A stretch of 64,000 nt of DNA from Macrostomum lignano (taxonomy: Eukaryota), in assembly GCA_002269645.1 (NCBI GenBank), contig NIVC01002593.1, positions 11,574 to 75,573 on the forward strand. The letters run 5' to 3'. Positions 1 to 11,769 of this stretch are shown one piece after another. Within the stretch, counting starts at the first letter, position 1. Every line of letters starts with the position of its first letter. Both the position numbers and the translations under genes were made by a program. Below the pieces are notes generated by a model. The model was not told the DNA's origin. It made no database searches and saw only the letters and a program-made list of their open reading frames with translations.

Positions 1-404
1 AGATTGTTGAAGATCTGAAAGTAGAGCAGATTGACGACCATGGCGCCCAGGAACCCGCCAAGGTATTGCGCCCACTGGTACAGCAGCAGGTGTTTAAAGC
101 TCATCTTTCGCAGGGTAAACATGGCGAATGAGACCGCAGGATTGATGTGACCACCGGAGAGGCGCAGGCTGACCATGATCCCCGTCATGGCACCGAGTCC
201 GTTGCCGATGCCCACCGCGGGCACGAAATTCTTGATGCCACCGCGCTGGGTGATGGTGGCCAAGCCGCAGCCCAAGTCCACAATAATGACCAGCACTACT
301 GTGCCGATCAGCTCCGACAGGAACAGCTGCGATGGCCGGTGCCGCAGCACCAGGCGCGACTCGACCCGCGACCAGGTCAAGCGTCTTCGATCTTCGGCAG
401 GCAT
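1..404 (-). CDS. Aquaporin, aquaglyceroporin-like (AQP3/7/9/10 type), 5' part; continues beyond the left edge
   Basis: Manual translation from ATG at 404: [42 protein letters not shown]...[56 protein letters not shown]. It contains the first NPA box ([10 protein letters not shown]) and the [10 protein letters not shown] helix, with no stop before the window edge. Confidence 0.93.
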   Translation of the reverse strand, partial: MPAEDRRRLTWSRVESRLVLRHRPSQLFLSELIGTVVLVIIVDLGCGLATITQRGGIKNFVPAVGIGNGLGAMTGIMVSLRLSGGHINPAVSFAMFTLRKMSFKHLLLYQWAQYLGGFLGAMVVNLLYFQIFNN

Positions 405-460
405 TCCTCCGCTTCTGGTTTCTTCTTCGTGTGTCAATCTGAATAGTTGAAGGACGCAAT

Positions 461-510
461 GGGCGCAATGTACGAGCCAGCCTCAGGGCGCAATGTACGA
501 GCCAGCCTCA
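461..510. repeat. 25-bp perfect tandem duplication
   Basis: gggcgcaatgtacgagccagcctca at 461-485 and 486-510. Confidence 0.95.
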
Positions 511-2401
511 GTTCCCCGCGTACTTCCAGTGGGGGGGGGGCAAAAGGAAAGCAGGATTTGGGAAGCCATTGAGCATGCTACAATGCCTCCTCAGTCCCAA
601 GGAAAGAAAAATGCATTTGAGGAGCATGAAGTACATTTCAAACTGGCCAGGAACAGGACAGGTGCAGATACCTGTTTGTACTCAGATCTTGAAAGCTGGT
701 TTAACCGGTTCTCAGCTCTGGATGCCAGAACCGGTTCGAGGAATTATGGATAGGAATTTTTAGACACGCCAGCAAGAATAGCGATGTGCTTCTCACAGCC
801 TACATGAAGTGTGTCAAATGTTAAGGGGGCAGTGGCGAAACAGTTAAGCAAGCACTCTACCTACCCTTACTATAGAGACTGCAGGGTTACGCCGTGTTAC
901 GCTTGTGCTACGCAGACAGTATAATGCTGAGCACAGGTCACTTTTGATCGCTGTTAAATTAACAGATTGTTGTTGAGCTGCCTGCATTAATTTCGAAGAT
1001 TGGCTTTCATAATTTCACTATTATCACCTGATAAGGGCTTAAAAAAGATAGGAGCGAATACAGAGGCCGAGAAAGAGCGACAGAAAGCGTACTCTATCCT
1101 AATGACATTTTACTGGAGGGAGGGGAGGCTCTGCAGAGTGGAGACGAAAAGGTGGAGGGGAGGCGGGCAGAACAGAAAGCAATTTTTATAGCGGGAACGA
1201 ATGGGAAGAATGGAGAATGCGCCTTCAGCTGCTTCCATTCCAGTTATATCCAGTTTTGCTAGGCAGAGCTCCATGAGGATCTAGAGCATTAGGGCTGATG
1301 AGAGATGAAAGACTCCTGAGGTTGGCAGAAAGAATTCCGAGATTCCTTGGTCATAAAACAGTAAAACACTTAAACGATTTTCTTTCCTTGTAGACGCTGG
1401 CCAACCCAATACTGAGTCTCTGAGAGGTGAAAGCTGAAGCCAATAAAAACAAATTCGAGTCCTGTAAAGCTGCTGCCAGCTGTGGCTGGTGCCTATTTTG
1501 CTCTATTTGCTTGTTTTATTACTTGAAAAATACTAGAATTTTTATTTCTCACAAACTTGCAAAGCTTTGATATTTTCATATTTGAATTTTACACCAGAAA
1601 CCATGACGCTAAGACCGACACGGGAAGTAATGGAATACTTGTAGTTAAGAAGTATTGATTTCATGGCAGCTAAGCCTTCTTTCATTAACTACTAGAGAGG
1701 GCCTGTCAACTTAAGCATATAAAGTGGAGCCCGAGTAATCATGGTACACAAATGATACATCATTTCGCTCACAGTGACACAAAGAAGTTGGGTTTGGCAA
1801 AAGAGCGACAAAATTTGGACTTTGGGATGGAGGAGAACAAGCAAGGGCATAATTAGGGACTCCCCTCTATGAGCCTAAGTTGTCATAATTGTTAATAAAG
1901 TAATGAATATTAAAAAATACTCGTTTGACATTTTACGAAATTTCGAAGTGTGAACAACGAATTACTTTTGTTCAGTAATATATTTGATTTCAAAATTTAA
2001 ATCGTTTTAATCATGACAATTTATTATTTAACCACATAAAACCACAACTTTCTAAAAACACATGGCGCATGGTACTCTACGCCTCAAGTCTGCGCAACAT
2101 TCTGCATATTGCAAAATTTATTTTAAACACAAATGTCTACGTGTACAAAGCAAAGGAGATGCGTACACACATTTTAATAATACACTATTAAAAACTGGCT
2201 CCGTCAACAAAATCTTCTCGCAATTATAAGTTATTAATAGCCTCTTAGTCATAATAAAAAGTGTATTAGTATTTTGATTTGAAGAGCTTGAACCTCATAA
2301 ACTTGGCATGTTTTAATTTGATTATGCAGTCCTCTATTCGGTCAAAGTTTTTGGCGTCTCTAACCTGATCTGAACCGAATTTTCCCCAGCACGGCCGTGG
2401 C

Positions 2402-5102
2402 TTAATCCATCTGCTTGGCCCTTCGCCTCTCCTGCCGCACCTGAGCGGCCAGGTCGAAGAAGAGGTTTCTGCCCAAAGCATCCGAGGCGCACAGCAGGCC
2501 GCCCACAAGGCCGCCGACAAAGCCGCAGCTGGCAACGTCTTGGCCGGAGCACAGGAGACCGGGCACGCCAATGTCGGGGCGGAGGCGGGCGCAGCCATCG
2601 GCAGAGGTGCGGGCGAGTCCATGGTCAAGGCCGTAGATTTCGCCGCGGCGCGAGCCGATGTAGAAGTTATTAGTCACGGGAGAGCCAACCTCAAAGGCCT
2701 CAACCTCCAGATCAGCCAGCTGCGGGAAGATGGCCTTAGTCTGCTCCCACAGGCGGCGACCGATGGCGCCTTTCAGACCCTCATAGTCAGCACCGCGGTG
2801 CTTCACTCTCGCGTCGGACCAGTCAGCGAACCAGTCCCAGTTGGTGAGCGTCACCAGGGCACAGGTGAGACGGTCCAGAGCCGCCCGCTTCGCCCACGTC
2901 GGGTCCTTCAGCGAGGGAAATGACACAAACATCAGCGGGGCATCTGAGGCAGCGGCCTCCTGCGGGTCCAAGGCCAGGTACTCGGACACGGACTTGTCCA
3001 GGTTGGGATCAGTGAATCGCCACACATTTTGACGGCGCAGGCCGAGCGACTCGACTGGCCGATCGGTGGGCAGCTTGAGGCCGACAAACACCGACATGGC
3101 GGCCACTCCAATCGGCATGTCATTCAGAAGTCCGGGAAGGCGGCCCGCGGAAATGCCAGGCGGCATGATGGCTGCCGTGTTGTTTAGCCCGACTGCCGAT
3201 ATCACCAGCGGTGCACGGACCTCCGATTTGCCGTTGACAACGACGCCCTCGATAGCACCGGTGCTTGGGTTGCCCAGCAACTGGGTGACGCGCGCCCGAA
3301 CGAGGACCTCGCCACCTGTGCGGCGAATGACTGGCAGGATGGTGTAGGCGATCTCGCTGGCACCGCCTACAGGGTAGAACGCACCGGCACCTTGGAAATG
3401 ATTGAATAGCCAGGCCTGCATGACAACCGAGGCCTTGCTGGGCTGGGTTCCGTAGTCGCCATAGCAGTAGCTCAGAACTGCGCGAAGTTCCTGGTTGTCA
3501 GTCAGCTGGGACAGGTGCGAATCGATGCTTTCGTCTAGGTGCCTGCAAATTCAGGGATAGAGGGAGATAAGCGGTCAAGCTCCATGGCTGCAATATTACT
3601 TTAACATCCTTACCACAACTTCCAGCGAAGACGAAAGTTTCCTAGGTATTAGTTGAAAGAAACAGAACCATAAAACAGTGGGGTGTGACTAGATGCCACA
3701 ACATTCATGAGGTAAAATCAAATCTACTGCATCAGTCAGAATTCAATAAAAAATTTGATGCTAAAGAAACAAGTATTAGACTTTTTCTGACCATTCACAT
3801 TCGCTCGGAGAAAGAACTCGTAAACAAGGGATTAAATAAAGCAATATAAAAGTACAACAAACCTGAAGATGGGGAAGAAGTACTTTAGTAGGCCGGACCT
3901 GGCGAGCAGCCTGCTCAATGTTAGCGGCAGGAACTTCAGACCCCAGTAAGGTTCCGAGCCCTTGCGTAACGAGTCTGCGAAATTGAAGAATTTTTTTATT
4001 GCGTCCACATCATTGGGAAATTTCTCGCACAAGAGGCCGATGAACTTTCTCCGGTCAGCGCTGACATTGTAGACTCGCTTGGTCTCGTCGTCACCGATCA
4101 TGATGGCGTCGTAGCAGTCGGGGTCCAGCGGGGCCCAGTCTAGCTGGCCGTCCGTTATCTGCGCGGTGGTGCGAGCGGTACGAGTTGCTATGCTCAAAAT
4201 GCAGCGACATTTCCGACAAGAATCCCCTCATATTTCTAATTGATCGCTTGAACTCAAGTCGCTGTCAACTGTGGAAAAAGAGAAGACAGTCCGTCTGGGT
4301 TCTGGGGAAAAATGCATCTTGACTTGCTAGAGCTAAGAAAAAATCACTCAAAACTGCGCACTGCATACCCGTCAAATTAACAGTGAGAAGAAGAAGAAAA
4401 TTGTCAATTTCAGGTACGCTCGTATATCAACGACATCAATAGCTCGTATGATTGCATGCCTGCGTACAGCAAGCTTGTATACTAATGTCCTAATGTACTT
4501 GTACTTATGTACTAAATGGGCAGAATGTACGAGGATGTCGCTGTTCCTCGATAACTGCTGACTGCTGTCGCTGCGCCAGGGTACCCACAACCCTCCTGAC
4601 AATGGTTATTTATACTCGTACATAATTAGTAAGATTGGCACCTTTGAACACAACTCTCGCATACACAGCCACTCACCTGGTCGACCAGAGCTCGCATGTC
4701 TGAACCGGGAGCCATCTCTCCAATGTAGTGAATGCCAACGTCAAACTCGTAGCCGCGCTCCCAAAACGTGTGGCAGCAGCCGCCGGCCACGTCGTGCTGC
4801 TCCAGCACCAGCACCCGACGGCCGGCCCGGGCTAGGAGGGCGGCCGCTGACAGGCCACCAATACCGGATCCGATCACAATGGCATCCAGATTCGCAGGCA
4901 CCCGGGCCGGGGAGAAGCCCCGCTTCAGCGATTCGTCCCGAACAGACTGGCGCGTTTCCACTGCCGACCGCGCCGGAAGCTGCGATGGCGGCAGGAACGG
5001 GCTCGGCGTCCGGCTGCCGCTGCCAAAGAAGACGCGTCGCAGCAACCAAACGACTGCGCCAGCGATGGCGGCCACGCCGAAAAGAGTAAGCGATGCTGAC
5101 AT
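2402..5102 (-). CDS. RETSAT: All-trans-retinol 13,14-reductase (retinol saturase; FAD oxidoreductase of the phytoene desaturase/CrtISO family), about 620 aa
   Basis: Exons 5102-4677, 4158-3863 and 3542-2402, with GT-AG boundaries and matching phases (VDQ|ITDGQL; PIFR|HLDE). N-terminal TM, Rossmann motif VIGSGIGGL, LEQHDVAGGCCHTF, FDVGIHYIG, YCYGDYG, YPVGGASEIA, GEIYGLDH and C-terminal GQDVASCGFVG. Confidence 0.93.
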
Positions 5103-5327
5103 CACGATGCAGTCACCAAAGCTGTTGGCGAGACACAAAAAATTCTATGTTTTGCTGCATACAAAAAGAACCTATAGAATATAAGGACCAAATTGATGTT
5201 TTTGGACCAAATTAAATGCTTCTGTGCTACATGTACCATAGACAAAAGCTCCATTACTTCGGCAAACATCTTGGATTAATTCAATGATGCGAGTAAGCCC
5301 AAATGAGCCGCCAAAGTTACAAAGTTA

Positions 5328-5504
5328 TACCTTTTTTGCGATCTAGTTTGCTAAAACTGCAATCAATTTTGCCCGCGGAAAAATATCACTTATAATTTTG
5401 CTGTCTCCTATGAGCAGACTTGGCCTAGAAAGCAAAATTATAAGTGATATTTTTCCGCGGGCAAATTTGATTGCAGTTTTGGCAAACTAGATCGCAAAAA
5501 GGTA
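5328..5504. mobile_element. 177-bp foldback MITE with TA target duplication; non-autonomous relative of the IS630-Tc1-mariner element at 30765-31779
   Basis: About 75-bp near-perfect inverted arms with TA at 5326-5327 and 5505-5506. The terminus TACCTTTTTTGCGATCTAGTTTGCTAAAACTGC resembles TACCTTTCTGCAATCTAGTTAGCCAAAACTGC at the right end of the 30765-31779 element. Confidence 0.8.
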
Positions 5505-7204
5505 TATTAGAACATGAGAGAGCATGTGACGGGAAAGTTTTACCTCTACAGTCTATAGTCGATTTTGAGCGCACTCGGTGGCAATAGACATTTAAGCATT
5601 AAAAACCCGACTATTGAGCTGCATTGCAATCACGATTGATTAAAGATAGAAAACGGAGCGTAGTGATGATGGCAGAAGTAAGGTTTTTGGAGAACTAATA
5701 ACCACATTTCAGAAACTTTCTCAAGTTAGATGGATACAACTCCATTTTCTGCTGCGTAAATTTTGGTTCTTTATGATTAACATCAGTCTAGGATTTCAAA
5801 AGTAAAAATTCCATTTTTATGAGAGGCAAGTAAGTTGTTTATAAAATTTTGTTTGATTAAATGAAAAAACTAGCTCCAACTGACCTGCTGTTAAGCCGAG
5901 CTTGCGAATAAAACAAATAAGGTTGATTTCAAAAGGCGCAGCGGTTTCTTGTATCGGAGTGCTCTGGTCTTTTTAAAGCTTTGGCAAACAGACGACAGGG
6001 GAACGGAGCAAAGTTGACTCGAGTGCGTACTGTACGAGTGCGCAGGTCTTCATTGTACACTCACGGCAGCACAATCCTTCTCCTCGCTGACTTTTGCTAG
6101 AGTTACACTGACTGGGCAGGGCACGGAGGGGAGAGAAGAAATGTGAAAGACCTGACTGCAGTAGCTACTGAAATAAAAGGACACTTCATGCGGCTCAGTG
6201 TTTCTAATTTGCCTGAACTTTGGACACTCCTATCTTGTGCAGCGGCTTACGGCCTCTTGAAAATTGACTGCAGTATTGTGACTGCGGTTATGAATTTGAT
6301 TTGATAAATTCAGAGTGAACTAGTCACAGTTAGTTAGTCATAATTACTATGACTAATATGATGCTGTGTAGTTAGTATGACGTAGTATGCTCGCATACCA
6401 ATGAATATATCGAATATAATGGTTGATTGTGTCTATTTATGATTCTAGAGTTAGACAAAGATTTTTTCACGATTTGTTAAAATTATTTATTGTCTAGAAG
6501 CAATTACCATACTCACAGAAACATTGTCTCATGAATGTTGTATTAGTTCAAAAATTGTTTCGAAGCGTTGAATTATGAGCGCAAGGAGTGACACAATGAG
6601 CACAATGAATATTACTGCTTTCATACAGAAGCGCCACAAAGACTGATAGAGTGAAATGATGTTGCACTTAGCCAGTAATGCTTGTAGTACACTATAAGAA
6701 TGTCACCTATTAAAAGCTCTTATCTTTATCGATTATTATTACCGGTAGTTTTAGGATGGAATTAACTGAGATTCATCTCAGAACAAGTTCGAACTGTGTT
6801 CCGATTAATTCAGAATTAACTATCAGCGTAAATTATTTCATGAGCTCTTACATGCTTTGAAATTGCATAGTGTCTCGTAGATTGATGTACAAAATAATCA
6901 GTGATACCAATTATACCAATAATTATACCAATTATAGCAGAGACAAATTAGAGTAGAATAACATAGGGACTTAGAAGGCCATTGGGAAGAGTTACCTAAA
7001 ACTGGACCTAAATATAATATTTCGCAACATAAAAAAGAAAACATTAATCTATTGATAAATTGTTGACAAGATTAGAAAAGCGATAGCTTTATTTGACTGA
7101 GAAAGTTAATTCTATTGTGGTAGCGAGACATCATATAACTCAGTTTGGGTATTATATCAACTGCCAATGATATCGGCCGCAAAGCTTTTTTTCAGCAGGA
7201 AATT

Positions 7205-10200
7205 TCACATGGTTCCATTGTTCCTTATCAAAGACAGCGCTTCCTCGTCACCGGCCCGGACAAAACGCTGGACTCCTGTCACCGTTTCCCCCCGTAAAGC
7301 GTCAGCACTGGAATCCGCTGCGCTATGAATGCCAGTCACAACTGCTGAGGCTCCAGGCTCCACGACGCTGTTATTCCGGCTGCGCACGTCGGAGATGACC
7401 CATCGGCGCACCTCCGGGTAGTCGGCCAGCGCGCCCACTACAGCATCGTGGACGGAGATGTAGACGCAGGCAGAACGGTCGGGGAAGTCGCTGCGCTCCA
7501 GCATCCGGCGGAACTGGTGCGGGCAGCAGGCGAACAAGATGCAAACTCCCGCCAATTTGTATTCTGCGGCCAGGGATTGCAAAAACCTGGTGCGGGCAGC
7601 AGGCGAACAAGATGCAAACTCCCGCCAATTTGTATTCTGCGGCCAGGGATTGCAAAAACCTGGTGCGGGCAGCAGGCGAACAAGATGCAAACTCCCGCCA
7701 ATTTGTATTCTGCGGCCAGGGATTGCAAAAACCGCGCGCCAACACTGTCCACATAGTTGACTCCTGAGCAATCTAGCACGATGTGGTGCAGGCTCTCATC
7801 CTCGCCGCGGGACAGCTTGGGATCAAAGCCTGTCAGCTTGGCCAGCTTGCGGCGGAAATTCTCCACACTGGCAAAGTACAGAGCGCCGTCGAAACGGAAC
7901 ACTACCACGCCTGGGACCTGGTGGTGCAGGGTGTGTTACTGGACTTTTTTATTCAGCGTCTAGCACGAATTTCGAAATCTTTTTCTCCCTTCCTCCTCCA
8001 TAAAGTTGCTAATTCTAGCTCAGGGCTGAGTGATTAACTGCCAGATCGTTTGAGTCAAGTCTATACCATACCAAGGTGACCCGTACCAACTCAATAAAAA
8101 GTTTTCTAAGTTAGCAAACAACCTGAACTGCGCACTGATAGTAGCGGTAGTCTTGGTAGATGTCAGTCAACGGTAGACGACCCAAAATCGACACCCGAGG
8201 TGACTGAGTGCGGCAAACTACAGTCAACAGGCTGTAGGCAAAGCCGATCATCAGGCCATAAGTGACATTTAGCGCCACAACGCTTACAAAGCAGACCATC
8301 CAAATACTGAAGTCAAACTTTGAGATGCGGTACAAGCGCTTCGCATCAGTAAACTGCATTAGAAGGCCTTTAAGCGCAACTACAATTATGCAGGCAAGAA
8401 CAGCATTGGGCAGCTGGCTGAACATTGGTCCCAGAAACAGTAGAACAAATAGCATCAGCGTGGCTGACACCAAGCTGGCCAGCTGTGTTCTGCCACCCAG
8501 TTCAGCTTGAACCTGCAGTAGAAATTAGTCAAATGGTACTTATGAACGAATAGTCTCATGCCATACATATTTACTTGATTTACTACCGGTAGTTTTGAAG
8601 CAGCTCCAATAGAAAAAAATCACAAAAATCTTTCCTCATATTACCTGCGAACGGCTGAGCGACCCAGCCGAAAAGTAGCAGCCGAACACTGGCCCCAGGA
8701 TGTTTACCAGGCCGTACGCAAAAAGCTCCTGGTTGGCATCCAATTGGTAATTATTCTTTTCGGCGTAGATCTTGCACACAGAGTAGGTGCACACATACAT
8801 GACCACGGCCAGGAGCGCTGCGTCCTGGAAAAGTGCTGGCCAGAGACGAACGCTTGGCAGACGCGGCGCAGAAATGCCGCTAGGTATGACGCCTACCGTG
8901 CGCAGACCGTAGTTGGCCTCCAGACTAGCCAGGTGCGAAATCGCGGTGGCTCCAACCACCAGCAGAAGCTCCACTGGGACCGGGAAGCGACAGCAGCGGC
9001 GCAGACGATCACTGAGGAACAATCGGAACAACAGAAGCAGGCCCAGAGACAGTGCCGACACCAGCACGCTGACAGGGTTTGTCTCGCCCAAGCGGCGGGC
9101 TACATCGACATAAAATACGGCCAACTCGAAATGGCTCTCGCGACGAGGTACCTTGATACCAAAGATGGCTGGCACCTGGTGATAAAACTTCTCATTTTAA
9201 GATTCTTTGTCGTAGGCTATCAGATCAAATGTACGCGTCAGGATGCACTACTTGTTGCAAACTAAATATCTTGCGGGTGAAGGCTAAAATTACTGGAACT
9301 TCGACACATCATGATCTAAATTATTTTAGAGTTAAGAAAGCTTGTTGTATTCCATTCGTAATGTTGACTTGCTGGTATGTAGGCAAAAAATCTACGAGTA
9401 CTTAGATGAGTTTTCATAACTTATGTCACAATGCTTACCTGTGAGCTGAGGACATGCAGAGCTGCGCCCGTGGTGAATCCGGATACCAGAGGCGTGCTTA
9501 GATAAAGTGTAATGAAACCGAAGCGCATTAGACCCAGCAGAATTTGCAGTACACCGGCCAGTAAGCTAACACTCAAAGCCACCTGCGTGCGGTACCAGGC
9601 CTTCGCCTCGCCAACCAGCGGGTTGCCCATTGCGCTGGTTGTCTCGTTTGCATCATCAGGGCCGTACATTGCTGGTGGCGGGCCGAGGATGTCCAGCAGC
9701 TCCGGAACTGGTGGGCGGCCAGCGCCACCAGCTAAACGGGAGACCGACTCAGCAAGCATGAGACTGGCGATGGCAAAAGTACCCATGCTAACCTGTGAGG
9801 GTGTCAGTGCAGTCAAGGTTTACTCCAGCAAGAAAGTTTTAATCAAATCAAATCAGTTTAGGTAGTGAACTTGTATCTAACGACGCACCTGACGGGAAGT
9901 TCCAAACAGAAAATAAACTAAAAGAGGCACGCAGCCCAGATAGAGGCCGCACACGGGTGGAAGGCCAGCAAGCAGCGCATAGGCCATGCCCTGCGGGATG
10001 TTCATGATGCCGACCGTCAGTCCGGCTGCAAGGTCTGGCAGCAGATCGCTGCGCGGTCGATAAGCCCGCATAATGGCCAGACAGGGCAGCAGGCGGAAAG
10101 CATTGGAGAGCGCACAATCGCCGCTGCATCGGAGGTTGTGTAGTTGGCGGCGCAGTCGAGCGCCAAGACCACTGTCACCGCTGTTTTCACCGCCCCAGCT

Positions 10201-10440
10201 GAGGCCGGTCTCTTGCCCGCCCGGGATGCCATTGCCAGATTGGGGCTCCGTAAACTGGTAGCGGGCATCGAAGTTGTACTGCGTGAATATTGGTCGGCTA
10301 ACCCGGATTCTTTGCTTGCCTGCGGCCCAGCTGGATTTCCGCAGCACTCTTTGCGTCCCATCCTGGGCTTCAGGCGGTGCGACCTGCTGTTTGGGTTGTT
10401 GCATGTCGGGCTCTGTTTGCTCTTCCAAGATGCTGTCCAT
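7205..10440 (-). CDS. SLC26: SLC26/SulP anion transporter (prestin-like) with C-terminal STAS domain; about 797 aa if 7587-7732 is spliced out, otherwise frameshifted within STAS
   Basis: Exons 10440-9889, 9792-9439, 9175-8645, 8512-8123, 7917-7733 and 7586-7205, all with GT-AG boundaries. Motifs DLAAGLTVGIMNIPQGMAYALLA, FGTSRQVSMGTFA, GFTTGAALHV, NQELFAYG, GSLSRSQVQ, RFDGALYFAS and LDCSGVNYVDSVG. Confidence 0.92.
7514..7732. repeat. Three identical 73-bp tandem copies inside the SLC26 last exon
   Basis: Units at 7514-7586, 7587-7659 and 7660-7732 are identical base for base. On the minus strand each unit reads GTTTTTG...GCACCAG. Confidence 0.98.
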
Positions 10441-11769
10441 CCGGCTGACAGGGCCGTAAAAGGCTGAGCTTTCGGCTGTCTCACCTGGTAGAAAATGTTG
10501 GAAATTCTACAGCTTTTATGTTATGAAAACGTGCTTGCAACAATTTTGTAACTTTAGTAGGATGAACAAAACAACGCACCAGAATATTCAATGGGCTGCT
10601 TTATATAGTTTTCTCAAATAGCGAAAATAAAAGCAGAGTTAAGATTGCGCTAGCCGTGTCTGGCAGTGTCCCATGCGCTCCAATATTTATTTTTATGCAA
10701 AACTATGAAGTGAACACGTCGTCAACACAGTAAAAAATCTGAGGTTCATTAATTACAAGGCGAAAAAACCTATAATTATATGCAGGACGGAAGAACAACC
10801 CCAAATACCCACACGTAAGTCGTCAATAAGTGTTGAAAAACATAAGTCAGAAAGGCTAAATACACAATGGGAAAATTTGCATAGCGCAAAAACCAAAAGG
10901 GAGCTACATGTGTATTCCGGTCGATAAACTCAACGAACAAGAGCAACCATTGCCAGTTGGTTTACAAGGTGACTCACCAGAACCAGTTCTACTTTAACTT
11001 TATCGCTCCGAAGGAGTTTTGCACAAGCCTACATTTGCATTGTGGCAATGTAAGAAAGATATATATAGAGAGTAAAGCAGGTTTGAGTTAAACAAAAGTA
11101 AATTCTGTGGGCAGTCAGCTCTGTCTGTCTAGCCCTAGAGCGGACAGTGTGCTCTGCGGCTAAAGTAAAACATTTTCTTAGCGTATCGCCTTTTTGACAT
11201 CTGCTGCTCACTGCTACCTCGAATCTTGTACGGCTAGAATGTATCTAATGGGCTTGTTTCAATTGAATACCCTGGTTCTGTACAATTTTTAAGAAGTCTC
11301 AACGCAGCATGTTATCCTGTCTATTGTATTGTATTTTTACCAAAATGGGAGCTTTTAAAAGATAACTTCATGCGCTTTGTACTTCGCAGCTTACTTTTTA
11401 TTCAAATATCAAAGTTCGTCACGCGCCTTTCAGTTTGGATCGGGAGCTCCAACGAATAGCTTGGAAGGCCTCGCATCTATCGGGAAAAAGGAGAACTGTA
11501 GGACCGTTGGGACTGCCATGTGTAAAACAGCTGCTTGACTATTCAAACTGGGAGTTTATCGCTGATCAAATTCCTTCAGCGATTCATTTAGCCTTCAAAA
11601 GAATCAAAGCTAATACATATACCAAAGGCTAAACCAAAACGTGTTGCTCGTAGATGCCATGCCAGTTGCCAGGTGCCAGTTGCCAGATGTCAGTTTTCAC
11701 TCAAAGCGCAGCAGCAAAATTTTTCCATACCACATGAATACCAACTACTCGTAGAATGTCGGTTTCGCA

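Noticed and set aside
1295-1310. Hammerhead-like core CTGATGA-GAGAT-GAAA
   Set aside because: I could not form stems I and III with a UH cleavage triplet.
5660-5780. Box C (GTGATGA) suggesting a C/D snoRNA
   Set aside because: No box D (CTGA) or terminal stem at a suitable distance.
94-10484. Alternative-frame and antisense ORFs over the aquaporin, RETSAT and SLC26 exons (e.g. 147-446, 2540-2923, 4768-5184, 8744-9265); likewise 55376-57381 over COQ8
   Set aside because: They are shadow ORFs of GC-rich coding exons with no independent homology.
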